A stretch of DNA of 64,000 nt from positions 960,001 through 1,024,000 of the forward strand of contig OZ244852.1 in the NCBI GenBank assembly GCA_965220965.1, written 5' to 3'. A program made the translations under genes and the position numbers. The stretch comes from Candidatus Marinacidobacterium sp. Its GTDB lineage: Bacteria > Acidobacteriota > Vicinamibacteria > Marinacidobacterales > Marinacidobacteraceae. A model generated the notes under the pieces. It was not told the DNA's origin, ran no database searches, and saw only the letters and a program-made list of their open reading frames with translations. This document shows, piece after piece, positions 38,550 through 49,901 of this stretch (its first letter is position 1; every line of letters starts with the position of its first letter).

Positions 38550-39071
38550 CTAACTGTCCGCCGCCTCGGCAGGCGCCGCGCCCGGCGAGTCCCGTTCCGC
38601 GGGCGCGCTATCGCCTGATTGCTCGAGGGCCTCCCGGACCAACCGGGGCAGGGCCCGGAGGCGGCCGGCGCCATCCACCGCGGCGTGGCGCGTCTCGGCG
38701 GTGGCGACCAGCGCGCCGTCAACGGGGCGGACGACCCGGTAGGAGAAGGCGATGCCGCGCCGGCGATGCGGGCGGGCCTGCGCCTCCACGACCAGGTCGT
38801 CGTCGTAGCGGGTGGGCGCGCGGTAGCGGCAGGCGAGTTCCACGACCGGCAGGTGCGTCCCGCTCGCCTCCAGGTCGCGGTAGGAGAGCGCGTGCTCGCG
38901 GAGCCACTGGGTTCGCGCCAGCTCCAGCCACGGAAGGTAGGCCCCGTGGTAGCCGACGCCCATGGCGTCGGTCTCGGCGTAACGCACCCGGATCCTGACG
39001 CTCGAAGTCGTCCCGGTCCACGCCGCGGGGGAGCGCCCGTCCGGCGGATCCGGGGTTCCGGCGACGCTCAA
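38550..39071 (-). CDS. YbgC/FadM-family acyl-CoA thioesterase
   Basis: VRYAETDAMGVGYHGAYLPWLELART and YRAPTRYDD. TTGA-coupled to rpe. Confidence 0.88.
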   Translation of the reverse strand: MSVAGTPDPPDGRSPAAWTGTTSSVRIRVRYAETDAMGVGYHGAYLPWLELARTQWLREHALSYRDLEASGTHLPVVELACRYRAPTRYDDDLVVEAQARPHRRRGIAFSYRVVRPVDGALVATAETRHAAVDGAGRLRALPRLVREALEQSGDSAPAERDSPGAAPAEAADS

Positions 39072-39739
39072 TCGATGGTCATCGCGCGGACCGCGGCGGC
39101 CGGGTCGGCGGCGCCGAAGACAGCGGAGCCGGCGACCAGAACATCGGCGCCGGCCTCGCGCGCCGCCTCGACCCGCGAGGGGTTCATCCCGCCGTCGACC
39201 ACGATCTCGAGCTCGGGGTTCCAGCGCTCGGCGATCTGGCGGATCCGCCGCACGCGCTCCCAGCTCCCCTCGATGAACTCCTGTCCGCCCCAGCCGGGAT
39301 TCACCGACATGACGATCACATAGTCGGCGGCGGCCACCGCCTCCTCGAGCAGGACCAGCGGGAACAGCGGGTTGATCGCCAGCCCGGGACGAACACCCAG
39401 CGCGCGCAGATCCGAGAGCGCCTTGTGGAGATGCGGAACGGTCTCCGGATGAAAGGCGATCGCGTCCGCGCCCGCCTCCGCATACGCCGCGGCGCTCGCC
39501 TCGGGTTGCTCGATCATGAGGTGCGCGTCGAGCGGCAGATCGGTGCAGCGCCGCACCGCCGCGACCAGCATCGGCCCGAACGTCAGGTTGGGCACGTAGT
39601 GGCCGTCCATCACGTCGAGGTGGAGGCCGTGAGCGCCGGCGTCCTCGACCACCCGGATCTCCTCGGCCAGGCGGGTGAAGTCCGCCGAAAGGAGCGAGGG
39701 GGTCAGCCGCAGGGTCCGGCCCGGTGTGGAGGCCGTCAC
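39068..39739 (-). CDS. rpe: Ribulose-phosphate 3-epimerase
   Basis: PSLLSADF, HLDVMDGHYVPNLTFG, MSVNPGWGGQ and VDGG. Confidence 0.96.
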   Translation of the reverse strand: MTASTPGRTLRLTPSLLSADFTRLAEEIRVVEDAGAHGLHLDVMDGHYVPNLTFGPMLVAAVRRCTDLPLDAHLMIEQPEASAAAYAEAGADAIAFHPETVPHLHKALSDLRALGVRPGLAINPLFPLVLLEEAVAAADYVIVMSVNPGWGGQEFIEGSWERVRRIRQIAERWNPELEIVVDGGMNPSRVEAAREAGADVLVAGSAVFGAADPAAAVRAMTID

Positions 39740-40497
39740 CGGCTGAGCGTCAGCGTGACCCGGTCCGCCCGGGTCACGCGAGCTCCCGCCACCGGCAACT
39801 GATCCACCACGATGCCCGGCGGGACGCCGCGGTACTCCACCCTGCGGACATCGCGAACCCGGATCGCCGCCCGACTCAGGTCATCGGCGATGGCGCCGTA
39901 ACGCCGCCCGATGAAGTCCGGCATCATGAAGGACTCGGGCTCGGCGCCGGCGGACAGCAGGACGGAAACCCGGGTCTCCGGGGTCGCCTCGGTGTAGGCC
40001 ACCGGCGACTGGGCGATGACGCGGCCCGGCAGGTAGAAGTCGCTCTCGACTTCGGCGACGCGTCCGACCAGAAGGTCCGCGGCCTCGAGTTGCCGCCGCG
40101 CCGCAGTCAGCGTCGCCCCCTCCAGCCGCGGAACCGCGCGCCGGGTGGGCCCCAGGCTGCGGAACACCTCGACCGAACGTCCGCGACGGAAGGTGGAGCC
40201 CGGAGCGGGATCCTGGCCCGCCAGCAACCCCTCGGGAATCTCGTCGTCGAACCTCGCCTGTCCTTCGGAAAGGCGGAGGCCGACGCTCGCCAGCAGCTCG
40301 CCCGCGGTCTCGACGTCGAGCCCCAGCAGGTTCGGGACCGGCGGATCCGCGGTGCTCGAAGCGATCAGGAACGCGCCGGCGGCGAAGATGGCGAAGGTGG
40401 CGGTCAGGGCGCCGGCCAGGAAGAGCGTCCAGAGCAGCCGCGACAACGCGGAGCCGGACCGTCCGGTCCGGCGGATTCGGATGCGGAACGGCGACAT
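39736..40497 (-). CDS. Membrane-anchored protein with three PASTA domains and no kinase domain
   Basis: Short basic N-terminus, one TM, then repeats VPNLLG...QDP, VPRLEG...QSP and MPDFIG...QLP. Confidence 0.88.
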   Translation of the reverse strand: MSPFRIRIRRTGRSGSALSRLLWTLFLAGALTATFAIFAAGAFLIASSTADPPVPNLLGLDVETAGELLASVGLRLSEGQARFDDEIPEGLLAGQDPAPGSTFRRGRSVEVFRSLGPTRRAVPRLEGATLTAARRQLEAADLLVGRVAEVESDFYLPGRVIAQSPVAYTEATPETRVSVLLSAGAEPESFMMPDFIGRRYGAIADDLSRAAIRVRDVRRVEYRGVPPGIVVDQLPVAGARVTRADRVTLTLSR

Positions 40498-40523
40498 CGG
40501 AGAACTCGCGGGGCGGGGAAATC

Positions 40524-42005
40524 CTACCGACCGGAGGTCGCGCGCGTCGTTCGCTGAAGGAGCGCCGCGAAGTAACCGTCGGCGCCGTGGCTTTCGGGAG
40601 TGAGCCTGAGCGCGCCGTCCGCGTCCAGCAGGTCGTGGAACGTCGGGGGAAGCTGGTCGTCGAGGGGCGCGCGTCGGAGCTCCGGCCGGGCTTCCAGGAG
40701 CGCCTCGACGACCTGGGTGGTCTCCTCGGGCTCCAGCGAGCACACCGCGTAGAGCAGAAAACCGCCCGGCGCCAGCAGCCGCGCTCCGGCGACGGCGATG
40801 GCCTGCGCGGCGGCCCCGAGGCTCGCAACCCGGGAGGCGGAGGAGGTCCACTTGATGTCCGGGTTTCTGGCGAGCGTCCCGAGCCCGCTGCAGGGAACGT
40901 CGGCGAGCACCCGGTCGAGGGATTCCTCCGCGATCGGCGGGAGAGCCGCATCGGCCACGAAGGGGAGAACGGTCGGAGTCCCGAGGCGCTTGGCGGCCTC
41001 CCGGAGAAGCCGGATCCGACGGGGCCTCCGGTCGCCCGCCAGAACCCACCCCGGCTCGATCCGCTCCGCCAGCAGCGTGGCCTTGCCGCCAGGCGCGGCG
41101 CAGGCGTCGAGGCAACGGCGCGCGCCGGCGACCGGCAGCAGCCACCCGATGAGCTGCGACCCGGCGTCCTGGAGGTGGACCGCGCCCTCGGCGTGGAGGG
41201 GCGAGTCCCTCGGGTTTCCGTGAACCACCCGGAGGCAGCGCGGCGCCAGCGGGAATCGTTCGGTGCTCACTCCGGAGGCCTCCAGGTCGCGGCGGACGGC
41301 ATCGAGGTCGCGCCGGGCGCTCACCCGGAGGAAGGTCGTCGGGCGCCGGTTGTTCGCCTCCATCCGGCGAATCGCCCGCTCCCGGCCCAGCGACGCCACA
41401 TATCGGTCCACCAGCCAGTCCGGATGCGAGAGTCCCGTCCGGAGATAGAGCTCCGGATCGCCGCCGGCGTGGGGCCACGGATGGTCGGCCCGCAGATAGG
41501 CCCGCAGCACGGCGTTCGCGAGGCCGGCGGCCGGGCTGGAGGCGGCTGCGGCCAGAGACACCGCCTCGCTCACCGCCGCCCGATGGGGAACCCGGTCCAG
41601 GAAGCGGAGCTGGTAGAGCCCGAGCCGCAGCGCGGTGCGCACGCCCGGATCAAGTCCGGCCAGCGGGCGTCGGCAGTAGGACGCCAGCGTGTGATCCAGC
41701 AGCCGACGCCAGCGGAGGACGCCGAACACCAGCTCCCGCGCCAGCGCCCGGTCGCGGGCGTCGGGAGGGTTCCCGCTCCCGTCTTCGAGGCGCGCGATCA
41801 GATCGTCGGGACGCGGAGGCGGGGAAGCGCCCGGCCCCCGCTCCAGCCGCCGCAGCACCGCAAACGCCGCGCGGCGCGACGGCGAGGCCGGACCACAGCT
41901 CCTGGCGGGAGCTTCGCGGCCGCCCGCTCGCCGGGGCGGGCCCCGGCGCGAGCGTCCCGGACCGGACCGCGATCGGTCGCCCCGAGTCGCCGGGGTTCGC
42001 TTCAC
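40524..42005 (-). CDS. rsmB: 16S rRNA m5C967 methyltransferase
   Basis: NusB-like N-terminal domain, SHPDWLV, LQD, DACAAPGGK, DVPCSGLG and YAVCS. Confidence 0.93.
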   Translation of the reverse strand: MKRTPATRGDRSRSGPGRSRRGPPRRAGGREAPARSCGPASPSRRAAFAVLRRLERGPGASPPPRPDDLIARLEDGSGNPPDARDRALARELVFGVLRWRRLLDHTLASYCRRPLAGLDPGVRTALRLGLYQLRFLDRVPHRAAVSEAVSLAAAASSPAAGLANAVLRAYLRADHPWPHAGGDPELYLRTGLSHPDWLVDRYVASLGRERAIRRMEANNRRPTTFLRVSARRDLDAVRRDLEASGVSTERFPLAPRCLRVVHGNPRDSPLHAEGAVHLQDAGSQLIGWLLPVAGARRCLDACAAPGGKATLLAERIEPGWVLAGDRRPRRIRLLREAAKRLGTPTVLPFVADAALPPIAEESLDRVLADVPCSGLGTLARNPDIKWTSSASRVASLGAAAQAIAVAGARLLAPGGFLLYAVCSLEPEETTQVVEALLEARPELRRAPLDDQLPPTFHDLLDADGALRLTPESHGADGYFAALLQRTTRATSGR

Positions 42006-42895
42006 CGCGCGCGGGACTCCAGGATCCCGGCGAGGGTCGCCGGATCGTCGGTGAGGATCCCGTCAACGCCCAGATCGAGGAGCCGGATCATGTCGGATCG
42101 ATCGTTCACGGTCCATATGAGGAGGGGAAGCCCCGCTCGCCGGGCCGCTCGCAGGAAGGTGGGCGCGGCGACCCGGAGCGGCCCGACGGCTTCCGGAAAC
42201 AGCAGGGCCTCCGGAGGGGCCGCATGGAGTCCCGGCAGGCGAAGCAGCGCCAGCAGAACGAACCAGACCGCCTCACCAGGCGCCGCGCCGGTCGCGACGC
42301 CCGGGCACGCCCCGCGGAACTCGGCGAGGGCGTCGCCCGAGAACGCCGCCACCAGCACCTCATCCTCACGGCCGGCGGCGCGGATGGCGCGACAGAGCGG
42401 GAGCGCCGCTTCCGGGACCTTCATCTCGACGAACAGGGGAATCCCGGGATGCGCGTCCAGCACCTCGTCGAACGTCGGAATCCGGACCGGCTCGCCGCGA
42501 TACGGATAGCCCCCATCCGGTCCGCGGAAGGTCGCCCCCGCATTCAGCGTCCGGAGTTCGGCGAGCGTCTTCTCCGCGAGCGGACCGACCCCATCGGTCG
42601 TCCGGTCGAGGGTGCGGTCGTGAAAGACCACGAGCTCCCCGTCGGCGCTCAGGTGGAGGTCCAGCTCGAGCGCGTGCGCGCCGGCTTCGCGGGCGGCGTC
42701 GAAGGCCGCGAGCGTCTCCTCCGGCGCCAGGAGCGCGCCTCCGCGGTGGGCGATGTTCACGAGCGCTTCGGTGAAGAAGGGATGCGGGGGGGGCGCCGGT
42801 CGCGAGCAGGACCAGACCGCGAGCCCGGCGTAGAGCGCTGCGGCGAAGACCACCGCTCGAAGCGCCCAGCGACCCACCCGGCGAAGCCATCTCAC
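42002..42895 (-). CDS. Glycerophosphodiester phosphodiesterase
   Basis: IAHRGG, PEETLAAF, ELDLHLSADG, HDRTLDRTT, WTVND and GILTDDP. Confidence 0.92.
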   Translation of the reverse strand: MRWLRRVGRWALRAVVFAAALYAGLAVWSCSRPAPPPHPFFTEALVNIAHRGGALLAPEETLAAFDAAREAGAHALELDLHLSADGELVVFHDRTLDRTTDGVGPLAEKTLAELRTLNAGATFRGPDGGYPYRGEPVRIPTFDEVLDAHPGIPLFVEMKVPEAALPLCRAIRAAGREDEVLVAAFSGDALAEFRGACPGVATGAAPGEAVWFVLLALLRLPGLHAAPPEALLFPEAVGPLRVAAPTFLRAARRAGLPLLIWTVNDRSDMIRLLDLGVDGILTDDPATLAGILESRAR

Positions 42896-43950
42896 GAGCT
42901 GTTCCCTCCGCTGGCCAGCTCGACCGCTTCCGCCGCCGGGAGGAGCCGGAGCGACGCCGAGGGGTCGGAAGACCGCGCGCCGCGGAGGAACGCCGCGGCG
43001 TCCATCGGACGCCCTCCCGCTGGCTGGACCCGGAGGGGCACGAGCGCGTTCCCGTCACCGCACGCGATCTCGAGCCGCGCCTCCCGCCCCGATCCGCGCA
43101 CCACCGACCAGCCGGGAGGGTGGTTCTCCGACGCGACGCTCCGCGCCCGCGTCTCGGCGGAGTGGATCCGGAGCAGCCTCCGCTTCGCCGCTCCGGCAAC
43201 CTCATGGGCGGTGAACGCCCCCGGCGCCGGCGCGAAGGCCCGCACCCGCGCTTCCAGTTCGGCCGCGGGCCGTTCCCAGTCGAGGACGGTGTCGGCGCGC
43301 TCCACGCGCGGGGCCCAGGTGGCCGCCGCATCGTCCTGGGGAACGGGGACCAGCGACCCGGCCGCCAGACCGTCGAGCGTCTCGAGCAGAAGGCGCGCGC
43401 CGATGGGCGCTAGCCGCTCGAGGAGGCTTCCGCCCGTTTCCCCGGGCGCGATGCCAACGGCCTCCTGAAGGAGCAGCGGACCGGTGTCGAGGCCCGCGTC
43501 CATCCGCATCGTCGTGACCCCGGTGCGATCCAGGCCGCGCGCCACCGCCCACACCGCGGGCGCCGCGCCGCGAAGCTGGGGAAGAAGCGAGGCGTGAACG
43601 TTGACCGCCCCGAGGGGCGGCGCCTCGAGCAGGCGAGCCGGAAGGATCTGGCCGTAGTCCGCCACCACCAGGCAGTCGGGGGCCAGGGACACGATCGGCA
43701 GCCAGCCGGCGCGCCGACGTAGACGCGGGGGCTGCAGGACCCGGAGCCCCAGTTCGACCGCGAGCTGCTTGATCCGACTCGGGCGGAGGCGGCGGCCGCG
43801 TCCCGCCGGGCGGTCCGGCTGGGTCACAACGGCCAGGACTTCGTGGCGCCGGTGGAGCGCCCGCAGGACCGGCGCCGCAAAGCCCGAGGTTCCGCAGAAG
43901 AGGACCCGGAGCCGCCGGTCCGCCGGACTCGCGGAACTCGCGCCGGACAT
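42892..43950 (-). CDS. fmt: Methionyl-tRNA formyltransferase
   Basis: VVTQPDRPAGRG, NVHASLLP.LRGAAP and MDAGLDTG. Confidence 0.96.
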   Translation of the reverse strand: MSGASSASPADRRLRVLFCGTSGFAAPVLRALHRRHEVLAVVTQPDRPAGRGRRLRPSRIKQLAVELGLRVLQPPRLRRRAGWLPIVSLAPDCLVVADYGQILPARLLEAPPLGAVNVHASLLPQLRGAAPAVWAVARGLDRTGVTTMRMDAGLDTGPLLLQEAVGIAPGETGGSLLERLAPIGARLLLETLDGLAAGSLVPVPQDDAAATWAPRVERADTVLDWERPAAELEARVRAFAPAPGAFTAHEVAGAAKRRLLRIHSAETRARSVASENHPPGWSVVRGSGREARLEIACGDGNALVPLRVQPAGGRPMDAAAFLRGARSSDPSASLRLLPAAEAVELASGGNSS

Positions 43951-43970
43951 GGCGGACGACGGCCGGCCGG

Positions 43971-44483
43971 CTACCAGTCTCCGCGGCGGACGCGGCGGCG
44001 CAGCTTGCGCAGCACCAGATCCCGCTTCAGCGGACCCAGCCGATCCAGAAACAGCCTTCCGTTCAGGTGATCCACTTCGTGACAGAACGCGCGCGCCAGG
44101 AGCCCCTCGCCCTCCATTTCGAACACGCTCCCGTCAAGCCGCTGCCCCCGCACCCGCACCGCCGCCGGGCGGCGGGTGACGCCGGAAAACCCGGGCGCCG
44201 AGAGACACCCCTCCTCTTCGCGCTGAACGCCATGCTCCTCGAGGATCTCCGGGTTCGCCATCACGATCAGGTTCCCGTCTTCCTCGCCGGCGGTGATGTC
44301 GATCACGATGAGGCGGCGGTTGACCCCGATCTGCGGGGCCGCGAGACCCACGCCGGGCGCGGCGTACATCGTCGCCGTCATGTCCTCGACCAGGCTCTGC
44401 CAGTCCTGTTCGAAGTCGTCGATGGGATCCGACGGAGTGTGGATCGGATCGTCACCGAAGCGCAGGATCGGGAGGATGGGCAA
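43971..44483 (-). CDS. def: Peptide deformylase
   Basis: GVGLAAPQ, EGCLS and HEVDHLNG. Confidence 0.97.
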   Translation of the reverse strand: MPILPILRFGDDPIHTPSDPIDDFEQDWQSLVEDMTATMYAAPGVGLAAPQIGVNRRLIVIDITAGEEDGNLIVMANPEILEEHGVQREEEGCLSAPGFSGVTRRPAAVRVRGQRLDGSVFEMEGEGLLARAFCHEVDHLNGRLFLDRLGPLKRDLVLRKLRRRVRRGDW

Positions 44484-44495
44484 GGCCCCGGAACT

Positions 44496-46712
<2,217 letters not shown>

Positions 46713-46731
46713 AAAATGGGACCTGGCGGGC

Positions 46732-49700
46732 TCAGCGCGCCGGCGCGGCCCCGTCGACGCGTTCCCGCGAAGGGGCGCCCCGGCGCCGCTCGGCGCCGCG
46801 GCCGGCGCCCCGGCCCCGCGGCCGGAAACCGCGACCCCGTTCCCGCGCCTCCAGGGGTGGCGGCGCCGCCCCGAGGATCTGCTTCACCCGACGCTCCAGC
46901 GAGGCCAGCAGCTTGCGCGCCCCCGGGGTGAACGCCGGTCCGGCGGCCCGCGCCCGCTCGAGCAGCTCTGCGGCGGCCCGGGCGGCCTCGCGCGCCTCGG
47001 CGTCCCGATCCGCCGCCCGTCCGGACCCGAGCGAGGCCTGGAGATGGGCGGCGAGCGATGCCGCTCCACCCTCGGTGGGCGGCTTGCCGGCGTGGGCCGG
47101 CGCCACGTCGTCGAGGCGCTTCGCCAGCGAACCAAGGCGCGCCTCGAGCTCGTCCTGGTCGAAGCGGGTTCCGGCGAACGTCGCGGGAGCGGCCTCGAAC
47201 GCCTTTCCCAGCGCCCGTTCGAGGTCCGCCGCGACCCGGTCGAGCGGGGAAGTCCGGGTTCGACGAGCCGAACCGGAGGGCCGGCCGGCGCGCGCCAGCC
47301 TGCGAAGCTCGGCGAAGACGTCTCCGGCGGCCTCCGCCCGCTCCGCATCGGGGACCTCCACGAGTTCCACAACCCGGCCGCGCAGCTCCACGAGCTCCTC
47401 GGTCTCCTCTTCGACTTCTCCCCTGTCCGGGCCCTCCGGATCCTCGTACCGGCGTCGCCGGGCGTCGTCGCGCGCGGCGTCGAGCGCGGCGGAAAACGCC
47501 TCCCAGAGCCGGTCCCCCGCCTTGCGGGGAACCGGTGGCGCAGCCTTCCACTCGGCGATCAGCTCGCGCACCGAGGCGCCGACCGCAGCCGGTTCGACGC
47601 TCCCCGCCAGCGCCTTCGCCCGGGAGATGATCTCCTCCCGCGCGGGGATGTTGGCGGCGAGCTCCTCGAAGCGCTTCTTCCTTTCGGCCCGGACTTCCGA
47701 GAGCGCGTCGAAGTACTGGCTGTTGGCCGCCCGGAACCGCTTCCAGAGCGCCTCGGCCTTCCCGCGGGGGAGGCCCTTGGAGCGCGTCTTCCATTCCGGC
47801 ATGAGTCCGCGCATCTCCGCCAGCCGCCCGGGATCGGGCGTCTCGGCCAGCGCCTCGGCGCGGGCCGCCAGCGCCTCCAGCGCCGCGACCTGCTCGGCCA
47901 TCGCCCGGTCGCGTTCCTCGCGGACCGGCCGCGCCCGTTCCAGAAGCGCGTCCCGGACCTGGCCCCACTCTTCCCACAGCTCCTGTCCGCGGTCCGGGTC
48001 CGCGTGCCGGGACTCGCGCCAGCTCCGCTCCAGCCGGACCAGGCCGCGGTCCACGCGGACGGCGTCCTCCTCCTCGAGAAGCGCCTTCCCGCGGCGAATG
48101 ATGTCCGCCTGCGACTCCAGATTGGACCACCTCTTCCACTCGCGCAGTTCGCGGGACTCGCGAAGCCTCGGCATGAGGGACGCCTGGAAGCGCTGGAACC
48201 GCGCCTGTCCCGCCGGACCGGCCGCGCGCCACGCCTCGGAGTCGGCGCGGAGCGCCCCCAGGTCCCGGAGGGCGCCCTCGATCTGCGGGAGTGACGGGGA
48301 CTCGGCCTTCTCCAGCGTCTCGAGCCGCTCGTCGAGCGCCGCGATCCGCTCGCTGGTCTTTCGCTGGCGCTTCTCCCGGGCGGCCTCGGCCGCGACCAGC
48401 AGCGCCTCGGCCTTCGCCGCCGCCTCCCGGAACCGCTCGCCGTCGGGGGTGTCCTGGAGGTCCAGCCGCTCGAATCGGCGGTTGAGCCGCGCGAGCTCCC
48501 GCCGCGCCCGGACCGGGTCCCCCCGGCCGCGCTTCGAGCGCCCGCTCCCTTCGGGGTCGGCCAGCTCGCGGTGGAGAGCGGCGGCGTGGTCCGCCATTTC
48601 GGCCAGGTCGAACGCGTCCACCCGGCGGCGGCGACGGTCGTGGGCCTGGTCCCGGGAGCTCCTGAGCGCCGCCGCCAGCCGCGCCTTCGCGGCCGGTCGG
48701 GGAGGAGGGTCGTCGAGCCGCAGAAACGCCCGCCGCGACAGGTCGTCCAGTTCGCCGAGCGAGAGCTCGCTCTCCGGATCCTCGAGCCGCTCCAGAATCT
48801 CGCGCACCTCCTCCGGGACCGGAGGTTCGGGTCGGACAACCGCCTGCGGCGCGTCCGGGGCCGCGTCAGCGCCGGCGTCGGGAAGACGAAGACGCGGCGC
48901 GGCCTGGGCCTCCTGCTCGAGCCGAAGCGCGCGCGCCCGCGCCGCCTCCACCCGCTCGGACGCCGCCTCGCCCACCGGCCCGGTCGCCAGCACGGCGTCC
49001 ACTTCGGAGAGCAGGCGGCTCCTCTCGGTCGCGGTGGCTTCGCCGCTCTCGAGGCGCTCCAGCCGCGGCAGAAGGTCGCTCTCCCGGCTCCTGACCCGTT
49101 CGGGGTGGTCGGGGGGCAGGCGTTCTTCCGCCAGGCGGCGCGCCAGCCGGCGCACGCTCCGCACCGCGCCGCTTTCGGCCACCCGGAGCAGTTCGTCAGG
49201 ATCCTCGATCCGACGCACCGCAGCCGACGCCGACTCGCGCCCCCCCGCGCTGACGGCGACCTGCGCCAGACCAGCCGGGGTGAGGATGGCGCCCAGCGCG
49301 CGACCCCGCATCGCCGGGTCTCCGCCGCGGGCCGCCACCTGGGCGAGCGCCAGATCGCGCGGCCCCACCACGTCCTCCGCGCCGCCTCTCGCGGGCGGCG
49401 CCACCAGGCGCTCCATCGCCTCCGTCCGCACCGCCTCGAAGTGGGCCCGGCAGACCACATCCGCCACCGCCCGGAGCGGCTCGAGCAGCCCGAGCGCCCG
49501 GCGCGACTCCTCCAGATCCCGGCTGTCCGCCGCGATCTTCACCAGCAGCGCCTCGCTCCGCGAACGGGCGAGCTTGCGGGCGTCCTCGTCTCCGGCTGTC
49601 TCGACGAGCTCGAGCAGGACCCGGGGCGCCTCGAGGCGGCGCACCGCCTCGCGCCGCACCCGGGCGTCGGGGTCCGAACGCGCCAGCTCCGCCAGCGGCG

Positions 49701-49797
49701 CCGTGTCCTCCACCGGGTGCTTCTGGACGCCGCGCAGGCGCACGGCCGCGTCCCGGCTTCTGAGAGGACTGGTCGAGAATCGCGCGAGTACGGACAT
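46732..49797 (-). CDS. Large helical DUF349-like protein with N-terminal HEAT-like repeats
   Basis: ARSDPDARVRREAV repeats and W..K/LW.RF repeats (EWKRWSN, LWKRFRAA, EWKAAPPVP, LWEAFSAA). Start at ATG 49797. Confidence 0.75.
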   Translation of the reverse strand: MSVLARFSTSPLRSRDAAVRLRGVQKHPVEDTAPLAELARSDPDARVRREAVRRLEAPRVLLELVETAGDEDARKLARSRSEALLVKIAADSRDLEESRRALGLLEPLRAVADVVCRAHFEAVRTEAMERLVAPPARGGAEDVVGPRDLALAQVAARGGDPAMRGRALGAILTPAGLAQVAVSAGGRESASAAVRRIEDPDELLRVAESGAVRSVRRLARRLAEERLPPDHPERVRSRESDLLPRLERLESGEATATERSRLLSEVDAVLATGPVGEAASERVEAARARALRLEQEAQAAPRLRLPDAGADAAPDAPQAVVRPEPPVPEEVREILERLEDPESELSLGELDDLSRRAFLRLDDPPPRPAAKARLAAALRSSRDQAHDRRRRRVDAFDLAEMADHAAALHRELADPEGSGRSKRGRGDPVRARRELARLNRRFERLDLQDTPDGERFREAAAKAEALLVAAEAAREKRQRKTSERIAALDERLETLEKAESPSLPQIEGALRDLGALRADSEAWRAAGPAGQARFQRFQASLMPRLRESRELREWKRWSNLESQADIIRRGKALLEEEDAVRVDRGLVRLERSWRESRHADPDRGQELWEEWGQVRDALLERARPVREERDRAMAEQVAALEALAARAEALAETPDPGRLAEMRGLMPEWKTRSKGLPRGKAEALWKRFRAANSQYFDALSEVRAERKKRFEELAANIPAREEIISRAKALAGSVEPAAVGASVRELIAEWKAAPPVPRKAGDRLWEAFSAALDAARDDARRRRYEDPEGPDRGEVEEETEELVELRGRVVELVEVPDAERAEAAGDVFAELRRLARAGRPSGSARRTRTSPLDRVAADLERALGKAFEAAPATFAGTRFDQDELEARLGSLAKRLDDVAPAHAGKPPTEGGAASLAAHLQASLGSGRAADRDAEAREAARAAAELLERARAAGPAFTPGARKLLASLERRVKQILGAAPPPLEARERGRGFRPRGRGAGRGAERRRGAPSRERVDGAAPAR

Positions 49798-49901
49798 GAC
49801 GCCGCCGGCCGGAGCGACCCGGCGCACGCGCCGATGCGGATCCCGCCCCGGCGAGCGCCAGAATATAGCCTCTGCCCGCCGCTCCATCGACGCGCTCGCC
49901 A

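Noticed and set aside
38531-38553. CIRCE-like TTAGCATTC...GAGTGC upstream of bamD
   Set aside because: The spacer is 6 nt rather than 9, the right arm is poor, and it does not precede a chaperone gene. It is more simply a TAGCAT -10 box.
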